A stretch of 63,182 bases of DNA, counting the filler, from Craspedostauros australis (Eukaryota): the NCBI GenBank assembly GCA_030167865.1. It is 6 parts of 6 records of this genome, joined end to end, with 100 filler letters (N's around TTAATTAATTAA, not from the genome) between each part and the next. Parts side by side here need not be neighbours in the genome. Positions count along the whole stretch, not along the records: positions 1 to 26,974 come from JALAGF010000007.1; 5 more parts are not named here. One strand, written 5' to 3'. The notes beneath the pieces are model-generated. The model was not told the origin of the DNA. It ran no database searches and saw only the letters and a list, made by a program, of their open reading frames with translations. The position numbers were made by a program, and so were the translations under genes. Of this stretch, positions 1 through 11,107 are shown in pieces (positions within the stretch are counted from its first letter, which is position 1; each line of letters begins with the position of its first letter).

Positions 1-49
1 CCCCCCTGCTTGTTTGTTTTTTCGACACGCCTGCGGTCGATGGTTGCAG

Positions 50-244
50 ACATTCCTGCTGGAAGGAGAGATTCCGATTCTGGACATGATCGGCATCGCG
101 TTCGGTCACATCTACCATCACTTCCAAACAACAGGTTTGCTCACATCGCCGCGATTCCTCGCCACCTGGTACAACAACAGTGCGATGGCAGGGTGGCTGC
201 GCAAGGAATACAAGAAGGTCACCGCAGACTACCAAGTGATATAA
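50..244 (+). CDS. Derlin (DER1) family protein, terminal exon (5' partial); possibly a symbiont-type sDer1 of the SELMA plastid import machinery
   Basis: After a pyrimidine-rich tract and TTGCAG acceptor (AG ends at 49) the frame reads TFLLEGEIPILDMIGIAFGHIYHHF...LLTSPRFL. This matches the last Derlin TM helix motif (DLLGI-x-GHIY, then L-x-xP). Stop at 242-244. Confidence 0.65.
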   Translation, partial: TFLLEGEIPILDMIGIAFGHIYHHFQTTGLLTSPRFLATWYNNSAMAGWLRKEYKKVTADYQVI

Positions 245-933
245 GAAGGGGTGACATACAAGAGTATTACACGCATTCTCTATAGAATAGTAGAATAGCT
301 GTCTGCCCATCTGCGATCTACTCATACCATACATGCAATTGTTAGCCTTGTGCTGACGCAGTACAAGTGCTGAGTTCAACAATCTCGAGTGTTCTGCTCC
401 AATCTGTATGCTCACCACGCACGTCCATCTACTCGTGTCTATGGGATTGGGTACGGCCTTGACCTTGCTTGTAGCTCGTATCTCCCACTTCCTCTCTCTC
501 TCTCTCTTTCATCTTGGCACTTGTTCGTGTTGCACTCTGCTGACGCGCTTTCTGTCTCTCTAGTTTCAACCAACAGATGTATAGTGATCCGAGTAGTCGA
601 AGAATAACGCCGAAGTTGAAGTACGTGGGTTGGCGGTCTTCTTTGCCGCGAGGATCTTTTGTGTGGTTTTGACACTTGCGCAACACCGCACAGCCTCCGA
701 CAACGCGCAATCTTGCATCCTTCGTCGGATTTCGGCTCAGAGAGTCATCTCCACGAACACCTTCGGCATGCACACCGCGCAGCAGCCGGTTCTGCCATCA
801 ACTCTCACAGCCGGCAAGCAAACAGCGAAAGTTCATAACTTGCCATAGAGCGCACAGTATAATACGAACGTACTCACACACCAACATACGCAGAGTATCA
901 TCCCGATACATAGCAACAGAGAAAGCCGCAACA

Positions 934-2593
934 ATGAAGGTCGTTATCGCCTCCACGCTCGTGGCCCTGACCGCCGGTTTCACGGCCAAGCCATCCATCA
1001 TCAGCCAACCGCAGACCTCCGTCTCGCGCGTCACCTCCTTGTCCATGCTGCCAAGCCCGCAGAACGAGGAGAAGAAGCAGTTCTACCCGTTCGACACCAC
1101 GCTCGATGCCCGCAAGGCCCCCAACAAGGAGGCCGAGGACGGCAGCGCCGGCGTGCGACAGCTGCTCGGTGTGCGCGGCGCTGCCCAGGAGACCAACATC
1201 TGGAAGATCCGTCTGCAACTGACCAAGCCGGTGACCTGGATTCCATTGCTGTGGGGTGTCATGTGCGGAGCTGCCGCATCCGGCAATTACCACTGGATTT
1301 GGAACCCCTTTGACCCCAACGACCGCGACGTCATGCTGGGTCTGGAGGATGCCGCCAAGGGTTTGACTGCCATGATCCTGGCTGGGCCATTCCTGACGGG
1401 GTACACCCAGACCATCAACGATTGGTATGACCGCGATATCGACGCCATCAACGAACCAAACAGACCAATCCCGTCCGGCGCCATCTCGGAAAGCGATGTC
1501 ATCGCGCAGATCTGGGTCCTGCTGATCGGAGGACTGGGATTGTCGTACGGTCTGGACGTGTGGAGCGGACACGAGTTCCCCATCAACCTCGCCCTCGCCA
1601 TCTTCGGTTCCTTCATCTCCTACATCTACTCGGCCCCACCGCTCAAGCTGAAGCAGAATGGATGGGCTGGCAACTACGCCCTCGGAGCCTCGTACATCTC
1701 CCTGCCATGGTGGTGCGGACAGGCTGTCTTCGGTACCTTGGACCGTCCAGTCTTCTGGATTCTGTAAGTCATGCACTTGATGGAGAACATGTGAGGATGT
1801 GTGCGCGCGATAGAGAAAGGCGGAGACAGGTATACATTGGCAACTGCATTATCCTTTCTGGTCTTTTGCCGGTCGGTAGATTCGTTGACTGGTTGGTTGG
1901 TCGGTCCATGTTGTGACTTATCCCCTGACACCGATGCCGAGAAAACAGCAGGAGCAGGAGCAACCAACCAGTTGAGAAGAACGAGCTTTGGAAACATGAA
2001 TGTTCTCATGTGATGTGCCGCTGCGGACAATGCCTTCGTCGAGTTGTGACTGCATGCTATTCTCACAATCCCTTTTGTCCATCCCAACGCGTTCCATTCA
2101 TTGCATCACTCCAACCACGAATGCACCGTTAACGCAATACTAAACATATGTCACCTCCGCCCAATATCCGCACACAAAACGACGTCGACGTCGACCAAAA
2201 CCATGACCACTATTGTACAGCCCAATCCTGTACTCCATCGCTGGACTGGGCATTGCCATTGTGAACGACTTCAAGTCCATCGAGGGTGACAGAGCCATGG
2301 GATTGAACTCCCTGCCAGTCGCCTTCGGCGTCGACGGTGCCAAGTACATTTGCGCCGCATCTGTGTCCGTCACGCAGCTTGGCGTTGCTGGATACCTGGC
2401 CTCCATCGGTGAGACCACCTACGCCGCCATCCTCCTTGGACTGCTCTTGCCACAGGTCTACTTCCAGGCCACTTTGCTCTTGCCAGACCCAATCAACAAC
2501 GACGTCAAGTACCAGGCGTCGGCGCAGCCTTTCCTCGTATTCGGAATTCTCGCAACCTGTCTGTGCCTCGGACATCATGATTTCACCGCCTAA
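934..2593 (+). CDS. chlG: Chlorophyll synthase (UbiA prenyltransferase), plastid-targeted; exons 934-1763 and 2221-2593
   Basis: Motifs IRLQLTKPVTWIPL, TQTINDWYDRDIDAINEPNRPIPSG, YSAPPLKLKQNGW, IVNDFKSIEGDR and NDVKYQASAQPF. The phase-2 intron 1764-2220 (GTAAGT...TACAG) joins VFWIL to PILYSIAGLG in frame. Leader MKVVIASTLVALTAG-FTA resembles a signal peptide plus ASAFAP-type site. Confidence 0.95.
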
Positions 2594-2982
2594 AACAGGA
2601 ATGATGGATGGGACATGATGACTTCGAAATCTGCGTGATCCGCAGGGAGCGAGCGAGCGTTCATGGCAAAAACAACACGGACGCAACAAGAGCGCAACGG
2701 AGGTCATGAAAGCACCATGCGAGTATGATGGAATCTAATACTCTAGTAGCAGTCTCATTACCAGCACAAAAACTGCGGCGGCCCAACGACAACTACTCGG
2801 CGAGCATGCGGTGCCATTGTACCTTGGATATCGTTGCCAGAGCATGCTCTGCGAGAATGATGAAGTGAACCGGCTGGCTCGCTCATCTTTCCAGTTCATG
2901 ACGTTCACAGGTTTTGCGCTTTGTCCAATGTCTTTCATGAATTGATATTGCAGATCATATTATGCATTATATCTGTACACAC

Positions 2983-3801
2983 TCACACATGGTCCACAAC
3001 TCCATCCAAATTCAGCGCCTTCAATTGCACATCCGCACGTTCCCACTTGGACTTCATCTTCTGTTCATGCCATCGTTTGCGTTCGGCATCATCTTCAAAA
3101 GATTCCTGCCAACTGACGTCCGACAGTTCAACCAACTTGATCTTACTGGCCGGAAACAACCGTTGGTACAGCCCCGCCGCGAGACATTCTTCGACTCCCG
3201 CATGCGTGCCAAGGTCCGAATAGAGTTGGAACCCGGTGCGCGATAACTTCTCAACGTTCCAGACTGCCAGCGTATTCCACGGACATGTCCGACCTGTCAA
3301 GGGGACGCACTGGCCCTTGCTGTATTCATGTCCATTGAGGACGGCGCCGGCAACGAGAGTGTCATCGTCCTTCGTGACGACGTGATTGCACAGCGTCGCA
3401 ATCGTGTTGGCGGAGGCATCTACTTCTGCCGAGACGAACATGATTAGATCGACGCCCACGTCTTCGGAGGCGTACCGCACCAAGGCGTTGAGTGCTGGAA
3501 CGAACTTCCCCCATGGTGTGACCGGCAGGACGTGGCAGTTCGCAGAAAGCGACGAGATCTGGTCTTTGACCGTCTGCACTAAATCGTACCCTTCAATCTT
3601 GGTCGCCGAATCCACGGCAACGACAGAATGGACTATCAGGTCCTCATCGTTCGTGTGCTGCTGCTGCTCTTTGAGTTTCGTAGACAGACTGGTGAAGCTC
3701 TGAAGCGTGGATTTGAGCTTCGACTCGCTCGGGGGCTGCGATGCCTTCCCCAAATGTAGGCGTGTGGCAATCACCACACTTTTGCCTGCTGGCATCTGCA
3801 T
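2983..3801 (-). CDS. Conserved hypothetical protein, possibly glycosyltransferase (GT-A)-like fold
   Basis: 272-aa ORF with globular composition. Segments VVIATRLH, VVAVD, GKFVPALNALV, LIMFVSAEV and PWNTLAVWN follow the order of a GT2-like alpha/beta core, but there is no canonical DxD. Confidence 0.7.
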   Translation of the reverse strand: MQMPAGKSVVIATRLHLGKASQPPSESKLKSTLQSFTSLSTKLKEQQQHTNDEDLIVHSVVAVDSATKIEGYDLVQTVKDQISSLSANCHVLPVTPWGKFVPALNALVRYASEDVGVDLIMFVSAEVDASANTIATLCNHVVTKDDDTLVAGAVLNGHEYSKGQCVPLTGRTCPWNTLAVWNVEKLSRTGFQLYSDLGTHAGVEECLAAGLYQRLFPASKIKLVELSDVSWQESFEDDAERKRWHEQKMKSKWERADVQLKALNLDGVVDHV

Positions 3802-4409
3802 CGTTGCTCTGCCTGTGTCGTGTCTGCTTGTTCCAATGTATTATATTCTACTAATATGTATTGGAGTCCTCGTATTGAACTGTTGCCGCTGCTGCCGCAG
3901 TTTGTTGATGTTCGACCAAACCCCTCAAGCGATGCTGTCAACAAATGTCGCAAGTCCACGATGCTTTCTATCATGTCGTCAACGAAGGTGTCGCATGTGG
4001 GACATGAGATTCTCGCCGCGCAGAGCGATGCAGCCGTGACAGCAAAGAAGATCCAACAACGCTGATGTTCGTGGCGCGAACAGCACACACACATCAACAA
4101 CGAATCGATGAATCGACTTGGTCGAACGAAGTTGACATCAAATATGCATGACTGGAAATCGACGTCCCAGTCGTTTTCTCACCGCGCACACAACAATGAT
4201 GCGGACCTTCTTCCACGCGGCTCCTCTTCTTCCTCCTTCGCAGCACAGGCAGCGCATACTACCATGCTCTCCTGCAGAATCAGAATCAGAATCAGGTGGC
4301 GATCATCATCACTCACTTTCTCTTTCACTCACTCACTCACTCAACAAGCCAGAGGAGGTATCCCACTGTACGAGCACGGACATCATTCCCCCCTCCCTGT
4401 CTCGACAGC

Positions 4410-5819
4410 ATGAGCAGCTCCTCATCAAAGCGCGCACGAGAGGACGGCTCTACCACGGACCACGACAACCATGAGTCCGATCTCGAACAAGAAGCCGGCC
4501 ATGCGGAAAGCGAATCGAAGCGAGGATCAGCTGAGGATGATCACAGCATGGGCGTCAAGAGCGATGACCCTGCTTGGCCATCGACAAGGCCGATGCATGT
4601 CTTCCAGGATCACGAAATGGCCACATCCATCGACAAGACCTTGCTCGCCTTGTTCTGCAAGTTGCCACAAGACTGCTGGGTTGCGTGGAAGCAGCCCGAG
4701 CATTCCGCAACGATGGAGGCCACGAAGAGACCGCCACAGAAGGTGCAGAAGGTGAATGCGACAGTGGTGTCGGGAAAAGACAACGTCGATCCCTACCAGC
4801 ACGACAACCACGATCGAAAAGATGCTGGCGAAATATTCCTGGCGCTGCCAACGTGCTGCTTGACAGAAATCAGTTCTTTCTTGCAACTGCACGAAGTTGT
4901 GGACCTGCTGCAATCCACCAAGGCTTTCCACGCGCGCAAAGCGGAATTACACCAGTACCGCGTGGCCGCCACACGAAAGTGCTTCGCTTTGCTTCCGATT
5001 CTTTCCGATGCGATCATCGAAGAGTCAGTACAAGGTGGATGGCAGTCCTTGGTCGAGTTCTTTGCCGAAGTGCACCGCAAGATGGCGGCAGCGTACGGCA
5101 AGTACAATGTGCTGCCGCTGCATCGAGCGTTGGTCGGGGAACGGGTCATGATCAGTCTTTGCGGGCGCCATGACAAATCCCAATGCTTTCACAACCTCAC
5201 ATATCAAGGCTGCATGGCGCTTGTCGATGCGAAGAACGCCAAGATCAAGCCGACGTTTGCGCATTGCTTCAAGGCCAGCAACTTCGATGCTCCCTATGTC
5301 CTGCTGGGCGATCAATGTGAAGGTATGGACGATGACGATAGTGATGAAGGTGGGGCATCCGATGGATACCTCGGAGTCCCGTTCCTGGTTGCGCCAGACC
5401 ATTGCGGTGGGTGGAACTACAACATCACTGTGGATGTTCCGAATCCTCCTCACTCCCGCGGCATCACGATCCGCCTCGCTTCGGATCAAGGAATGTCCGA
5501 ATTCAACCAATCGCCCTTCGGATCCAACTGGCCATCGCTCGTGTCCTTCTTCTGCATGGACACGTACAGCAATGAGTCGTACGCAAGCTCTCGAGTGCAG
5601 GATTGGGAAGCGCGGAATGTGGCCTGGTTGATGCAGCATCAGGTCGAGCCATTCACAGCGACGAATAGGCACATCTCCACGGTGGCGTGGAAGGCACTGA
5701 TCAACCACTTCCGCGCCGAAGATGATTTCGATGACACTAAATCTGCTGTGGAACAACCGGACTGCATCTCATCAGATGCGCTGTCGTTTCTGTCATTAAT
5801 GACGGAGAGATTCGGATGA
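4410..5819 (+). CDS. Hypothetical protein with F-box-like motif
   Basis: Long open frame with first ATG at 4410. IFLALPTCCLTEISSFLQLHEVVDLLQSTKAF (~4833-4930) fits the F-box consensus LxxLPxExLxxIxSxLxxxDLxxLxxxxKxF. Confidence 0.6.
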   Translation: MSSSSSKRAREDGSTTDHDNHESDLEQEAGHAESESKRGSAEDDHSMGVKSDDPAWPSTRPMHVFQDHEMATSIDKTLLALFCKLPQDCWVAWKQPEHSATMEATKRPPQKVQKVNATVVSGKDNVDPYQHDNHDRKDAGEIFLALPTCCLTEISSFLQLHEVVDLLQSTKAFHARKAELHQYRVAATRKCFALLPILSDAIIEESVQGGWQSLVEFFAEVHRKMAAAYGKYNVLPLHRALVGERVMISLCGRHDKSQCFHNLTYQGCMALVDAKNAKIKPTFAHCFKASNFDAPYVLLGDQCEGMDDDDSDEGGASDGYLGVPFLVAPDHCGGWNYNITVDVPNPPHSRGITIRLASDQGMSEFNQSPFGSNWPSLVSFFCMDTYSNESYASSRVQDWEARNVAWLMQHQVEPFTATNRHISTVAWKALINHFRAEDDFDDTKSAVEQPDCISSDALSFLSLMTERFG

Positions 5820-6078
5820 GCAAGCAACAATGCGTCTTGTCGAAGGCATGTACTATACGCAGGGTAAAATGAAGCTGATGGTGCGACGAGGAATGATCTA
5901 TGCACGATGTGCGTTTCCACAGTGTCAAAAAAAGAAGCTCAAAATTGTGTTTTTATGAATAGTTTAGGAGCAGTTGCTGCAGTTGCTGATTCGGGTGCTC
6001 CCATTCCAGATGCTGTTGGCATTGCTGCTGCACGCGCGAGCTGCGGCATCTTACAAAACCCTGGCGCTGATCTGCCAG

Positions 6079-8154
6079 TTAGAGACCAAGAACCAAAGAG
6101 TTTGATGAGATCAATGCAGGGTTGCCATGGCATGGATCGGGCGACTGGTTGCTGTCCAGAAAACAGTTGAAGGCGTGGTTGGCTGAAAAACCAAAGTCGT
6201 TGATCTGGTGGACGTTGCTGTTGCTGTTGTGGTTGTTGCTGTTGCCGCTGTGAGGGTGTTGGGCAAGTCCTGTGTGCCGACCTGTGTCCAATCCTCCATC
6301 GTTGCTCGCGAACATGTCGAATATGTCAGGATTAAACCTATCCAGTTCCTGCGGATTGTCGCTTCTGGTTGCGGTCGTGAGCAGTGCGTCATTCTCTGCC
6401 GTTGGCATGTTGGCAGCGTTCATCATGGCTGCGTCGAAACTGATGGACTGGGCATTGCCACCAAGGTCTCCTCCTGCGCATTTCTCGTCAATGGCAACTG
6501 TTGTGGGCCTCTGGATGAGATCACTCCCGCTGCATGCCGCCAGCTGGTGCAAGGACATCTGGAGACCATCAGGCGCCATAGTCGCCATGTTCTGCCGGTA
6601 CGTGTTGGCAAGCTTGGTGTTCTGCAGGAACTTGAATGCAGATCGGAACTTGGATCCCTTCATGATGTTTCCAGAAGGGATGGCGATGTCATCCAGGAGG
6701 GTGGCGGACGGTGCGCTTGCCTTCTTCCGAATCACGCAGTGGCACATCGTCACATCGTGCTGAACAAAGCAAGGGTGATGGTAGCATCCCTTCCTGGGTC
6801 CCTTCGCAACTCGAACGAAGCCGTAAAGGTTGAGCTGTCGCTGAAGGCTTTCGTACTTCGTCTGGTTGGAGAACTGGGGCATGATCTCCTTCACGAACAG
6901 CTTCTGGTCGTGGACCTTGAAGGCACGTCCGTTCATCTGCCACGATGCGATGTGTTCCTGGTTGGTTTCGTGCAGATGAGACAGCATCTTGTGGAGCTTG
7001 AACGGGAAGCCTGAAGTTGCTTGTGCGCTGCGACGGACCTGTGTGGGCATTGTCGAGTGTGCTTCGGTGCCAAGCGATGCTTCATCGGTGTTGAGGTCTG
7101 GGACTTTCACCGGCGAGGAGTTGTGCTGCCGGCCGCGGTAGAAGTCAAGCTTGGCCCTTGCCGCTGAGGACGGCACGACGGTTGCTGTGATCGCGTGTGG
7201 CATCGCCTTGCGCATGCTCTCCGCCCCGGACGAAGGGACAGCCGAGAGACGCTCGTCGTTGTCGTTGATTGCGCGTGCATCCCCCGCAGGTGCCATCATG
7301 CTATCGAGCATGCGCTCCAGTGCCCCGCCTTGCCGCATGTCGGTACCAACACCCATTGGCTGTTGTGCGGTGCCTTCACATGCGAACGTGTTTCTGGAAA
7401 TGGCGTTGGGCGAAGTGAAATTAATTTGTTCCAGCGGTGCAGGGTCCACATTGCAACCGGTTCGGCTTGGCAAAGATTGCAAAGACGATGAGGCGGACTG
7501 TGCGAATGGCACGGACGCACCTGGAGAAGATATCATCGCGGTCAGCGACGGAGGCGCAGAAGAACTGGAGGTGGGTGATAGCCCGATTTCGTCTATCGCC
7601 AGTAGATCGACATGGGGCTCCTCGGCGCCTTCGTTCATCTTGCGCCTGGTGATCAGGTACTCCAATGCCTCCTTGGTCTGATTGCGGATGAAGTGCTCGT
7701 GTAGGTAGCATCCTTTGTGCGGCCCCTTGCTGAACCTGCAAAAGCCGTAGAGGTTGAGCTGGCGTTGGAAGCTCTTGTACTTGGTCTGGCGAAAGTAGAG
7801 CGGGAGGACCTTCTTCACGAAGGCATCGGAGTTGTGAACCTTGAATGCGTAGCCATTCAGCTGCCATGAGATGATCTTCGACCAGCCCTTCTGTTCCGAA
7901 TCGTCAAGCATGTTTCTCAGCTTGAATGGAAATGCTGCGTTGCCGTGTCCGCTGTTGCTCGACGCGAGCAACGATGATGGAGAGGCGGAAGGCATTGGGA
8001 TTGGTGTCGGTGTTGGGAATGGTGGCGTCGATGTTGACGTTGGCGTGTTTGGATCGTTTCGAGTGGAATACATTCTGTCAGTGTTCACTGGGGTACGAGC
8101 GTGATTGTTTGCTTCTGTTCCTGTTCCTGCTACTATTTTTGCTGTTGCTGCCAT
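6079..8154 (-). CDS. Heat-shock transcription factor with two HSF-type DNA-binding domains
   Basis: Two copies of FPFKL..ML...I.SWQ.NG.AFKVH....FVK...P.....TKY.S.QRQLNLYGF......P.KGCY.H..F, at ~7640-7935 and ~6725-7015. Confidence 0.92.
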   Translation of the reverse strand: MAATAKIVAGTGTEANNHARTPVNTDRMYSTRNDPNTPTSTSTPPFPTPTPIPMPSASPSSLLASSNSGHGNAAFPFKLRNMLDDSEQKGWSKIISWQLNGYAFKVHNSDAFVKKVLPLYFRQTKYKSFQRQLNLYGFCRFSKGPHKGCYLHEHFIRNQTKEALEYLITRRKMNEGAEEPHVDLLAIDEIGLSPTSSSSAPPSLTAMISSPGASVPFAQSASSSLQSLPSRTGCNVDPAPLEQINFTSPNAISRNTFACEGTAQQPMGVGTDMRQGGALERMLDSMMAPAGDARAINDNDERLSAVPSSGAESMRKAMPHAITATVVPSSAARAKLDFYRGRQHNSSPVKVPDLNTDEASLGTEAHSTMPTQVRRSAQATSGFPFKLHKMLSHLHETNQEHIASWQMNGRAFKVHDQKLFVKEIMPQFSNQTKYESLQRQLNLYGFVRVAKGPRKGCYHHPCFVQHDVTMCHCVIRKKASAPSATLLDDIAIPSGNIMKGSKFRSAFKFLQNTKLANTYRQNMATMAPDGLQMSLHQLAACSGSDLIQRPTTVAIDEKCAGGDLGGNAQSISFDAAMMNAANMPTAENDALLTTATRSDNPQELDRFNPDIFDMFASNDGGLDTGRHTGLAQHPHSGNSNNHNSNSNVHQINDFGFSANHAFNCFLDSNQSPDPCHGNPALISSNSLVLGL

Positions 8155-10345
8155 CGTGGCTGGCGCTGATCGTTTGTAATAGGGATAGAGTTGGTGGTGT
8201 TGCCGAGTGAGTGAGGCGGAAGGTATTGTGTTTGTGAGTTGTGTGGTGAGGTGAGATTATGGGATGATCATCAGGCCTGATGCTCGACGTGTGTTGGACA
8301 TCACTAATCGAGAGGTTTCAGATACAAGCCTGCTCTCCGTTGAGTTAGAATTGTGAACACGCCGCACCTGCGTCTCGTTTGTCCATGACACCCCCAACTG
8401 CAGAGCTTTTCCACCTCCTTCCCGCAACCTCGTTGTTGCAGTTGGGGTTGGGGCTTTGGCGGTGGCATGGATCGTTGAATACTGCCCGTAACGCGCGTTG
8501 TACCCACGAGTACGTGTTCTCGCTTCTGGTGGTCGTTGCTGTTCTGCTCCCTGCCTCTCCACAAGAGACGAGGTGAACAAACGGTTTGCGGTTCGGAAAC
8601 TGATCAACCCACACAGCACGCAATGCCGAAAGAGGCGAATGATGCACCAACGAATCTCATCTGTGACGTTCATAAATGTCATCAGCGAACGCAATGAGAG
8701 TCCGACCATCCACAGAAAGTACCTGTCTGGCTATGGTTTATCTTTCAATGTGAATGGCATTCAAGTTCAAGGTCAAGGAAGCGGAACACAGACTTTTTAT
8801 AGTACGACTATTATGTTGTGAACGGACAAACTGCGAACGCACGGCATATATGACAACTCCAAACAGAGAATACGTGATTCACATACGGTCATTCATGACT
8901 GAATGCAAAGATCAAACGATCAACAGTCATTTGAATCCATGCAGCGACAGGAGTCAAAATGTCGATGCAATTCACTCCGAGCGCAACAACGGTAGCTGTA
9001 GATAAGCCCACTTGGACGACGTGATGGAGAAGAGACGAGCGGTATTCACGCTCTGCGCAATCTTGCACAGCCCCATCAGTTTCATCCAACGCTGCGATCG
9101 ACGGGGACAACCAGCACCGCCTTCTCACCTTTGGCCGGAACACTTTTATCATTACTGACTTCACCTTTCTTCAGTGATAACAATGTCAGAAAGGGTCGTA
9201 GCGAGCGTGGCGCCAAGGAGCGGCGTGGCGAGATGTGAACGTCATGGGCTGGACATCCTGGGGCAAACATTCATCGGTTATTCACGCTGTCTCGTCTACA
9301 GACGAGTGCTCGCGCTTGTGGCGAACGCGCACGGTTTGGACCTGAAACGCCGCCCAGAGAGAGCAAGCAAGAGGGCGAGAGTCAACGTGGCAGGTGTTCC
9401 TCACGAAGCTCAACTTCGCAGCTAAATTTGATACTTGCGATTGACATTCGGCAAAACACATCGCCTCAGGAGGTGATGAGGACACGCGCTTGCGCACTGT
9501 AATACCGCGCAGGAGATACATCAAAAAGTGAAGAAGATACAGGTCCCTCGTACTCGTCAACCGCGCCCATTGCCTGCGCTTCTATTGCTACCTTCTATAG
9601 TATGCGACAAGGAGGATAGATGCCGCATCCGCAAATCTCATCGCAGTGCTTTTCGTCGTGCACAAAGCCACGCTGCAACGCATCCCATACTCGTATTTCC
9701 GGTCATCATGTTGGACTTGCTTGGGTGTTCCTTTGTTTCTGCGCTTTAGGTCGTGTACAGTATCGATTTAGTGTTGATGTCAGCGTTCATGGTTGGGTCC
9801 TGATGCGGAAGGCGCGAGATGATAGAGAGAATTTTAGATGGCACCACTATCGTCTGCTTGTATGTCCGCAACAAGCTACTAAATGTCAATGACAAATAAT
9901 GTTGCAATTGACAATTTGTACACATAATCTGTCACAAGAAGCAGAACAGACGCGAAAGATCTACATCGTGATGGCACAAATTGAGAGAGAGTCTGGAAAG
10001 GAGTGTTGTGGTTGTTGAAATAATCATGAATCTGCAGGATGAGATCCGACGGGAATATACATATGGCAGGCTGGAGGACCCGCGGTGCTAGTCAGAGTTA
10101 AGTCGGAACGCACTCGCGCAGCTTGCCATGACGGACTTGCTCGAGGACGTTCACGTACCATGCGTACGTGTTGTGGAGAGGAGCCTAGAGTTCGAAAAGA
10201 GGGTTACCAGAGACTACCCTTCCAACTCTCAACTCTGCGGTACCAATACGATGCTTCCCGATCTCACGCCGAGATAGATGGGGCGGTGCAATCGCGGCTG
10301 CCATCACTGCCACCATCATCGTCGTCGTTGTCGCCATGACGCACA

Positions 10346-11107
10346 TTATAGATGGACGCACTGCTGCGTTGATTTTGACCGTGGTTGCGTGAGGTTGATA
10401 GGATTCTCGCCTTGGTGACATTGCTTGACGTAGTCGCGGAACGTCATCCTGCGCTTGGAAGATTGATACCTGGTGCATTTGATGGAGGCTAAAAGTTGGT
10501 CGTCGATGATGCCGTTGTATCCGGCCTTTTGGATGAGCGCCGTGAGCGTTTCCATGACGCTCCACCGTCTCTCCCCCGCGACTTCCGGCAAGAATGTCGC
10601 GCTGTAGAACGCGCCGCTGTCGGTGTGGAACTTGATCATGATTCCGTGAATCCCCACTGTCCAATCGAACGCGTCCTTGCATGGTTCGTAGTTGACCAGC
10701 AGGCTGACGGCAACACGCAGCGAAGCGACCTCGCCAAGCTGGATGGGTTCGAATCGATGATCGCGCAAGGCCGATGTGAGAGCGTAGGCGCCGATGGCCG
10801 TCACGAGGAGCTGCGGAGACAGATTCCCGATGCAACCGCGCAGTTCGTAGTGGCCATGATTCCTTTTCCGCGATGACGACAAAGCGGATTTGTGCGGCTG
10901 CTTGTCCCACGTGATGAAGAGCGGGCATTGCACGGTGACATCGTCTAGGTGATCCGCGAAGGCTGGCATGTCGTCGACGGCTTGGCTGCTGTTGCGCTCG
11001 GTGAATGCGGAATTCTGCAGCTTGTCAATGAGGACATCGAAGCAATGGTGGCACATCTCTGGGATGGCCTGCGGTCCGCTCGTCGCGTCTGTCTCGTCGT
11101 TCGTCAT
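10346..11107 (-). CDS. AMMECR1-domain protein
   Basis: Signature motifs MCHHCFDVL, PLFITWDK, LRGCIG, SALRDHRFEPI, WTVGIHGI, ATFLPEVA, LIQKAGY and TRYQSSK. Confidence 0.93.
   Translation of the reverse strand: MTNDETDATSGPQAIPEMCHHCFDVLIDKLQNSAFTERNSSQAVDDMPAFADHLDDVTVQCPLFITWDKQPHKSALSSSRKRNHGHYELRGCIGNLSPQLLVTAIGAYALTSALRDHRFEPIQLGEVASLRVAVSLLVNYEPCKDAFDWTVGIHGIMIKFHTDSGAFYSATFLPEVAGERRWSVMETLTALIQKAGYNGIIDDQLLASIKCTRYQSSKRRMTFRDYVKQCHQGENPINLTQPRSKSTQQCVHL

Noticed and set aside
898..1776. Long antisense and alternate-frame ORFs over real genes (also 16509-17450, 21051-22274, 35962-36915, 43793-45142, 48362-49396)
   Set aside because: Shadow ORFs expected from GC3-rich codon usage; no motifs of their own.
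8200..10300. Short ORFs in long intergenic regions (also 24300-26970, 28830-30580, 31700-33480)
   Set aside because: No recognisable domains, coding bias, tRNA/rRNA structure or terminal repeats found by eye; ncRNAs cannot be excluded without covariance-model or RNA-seq data.
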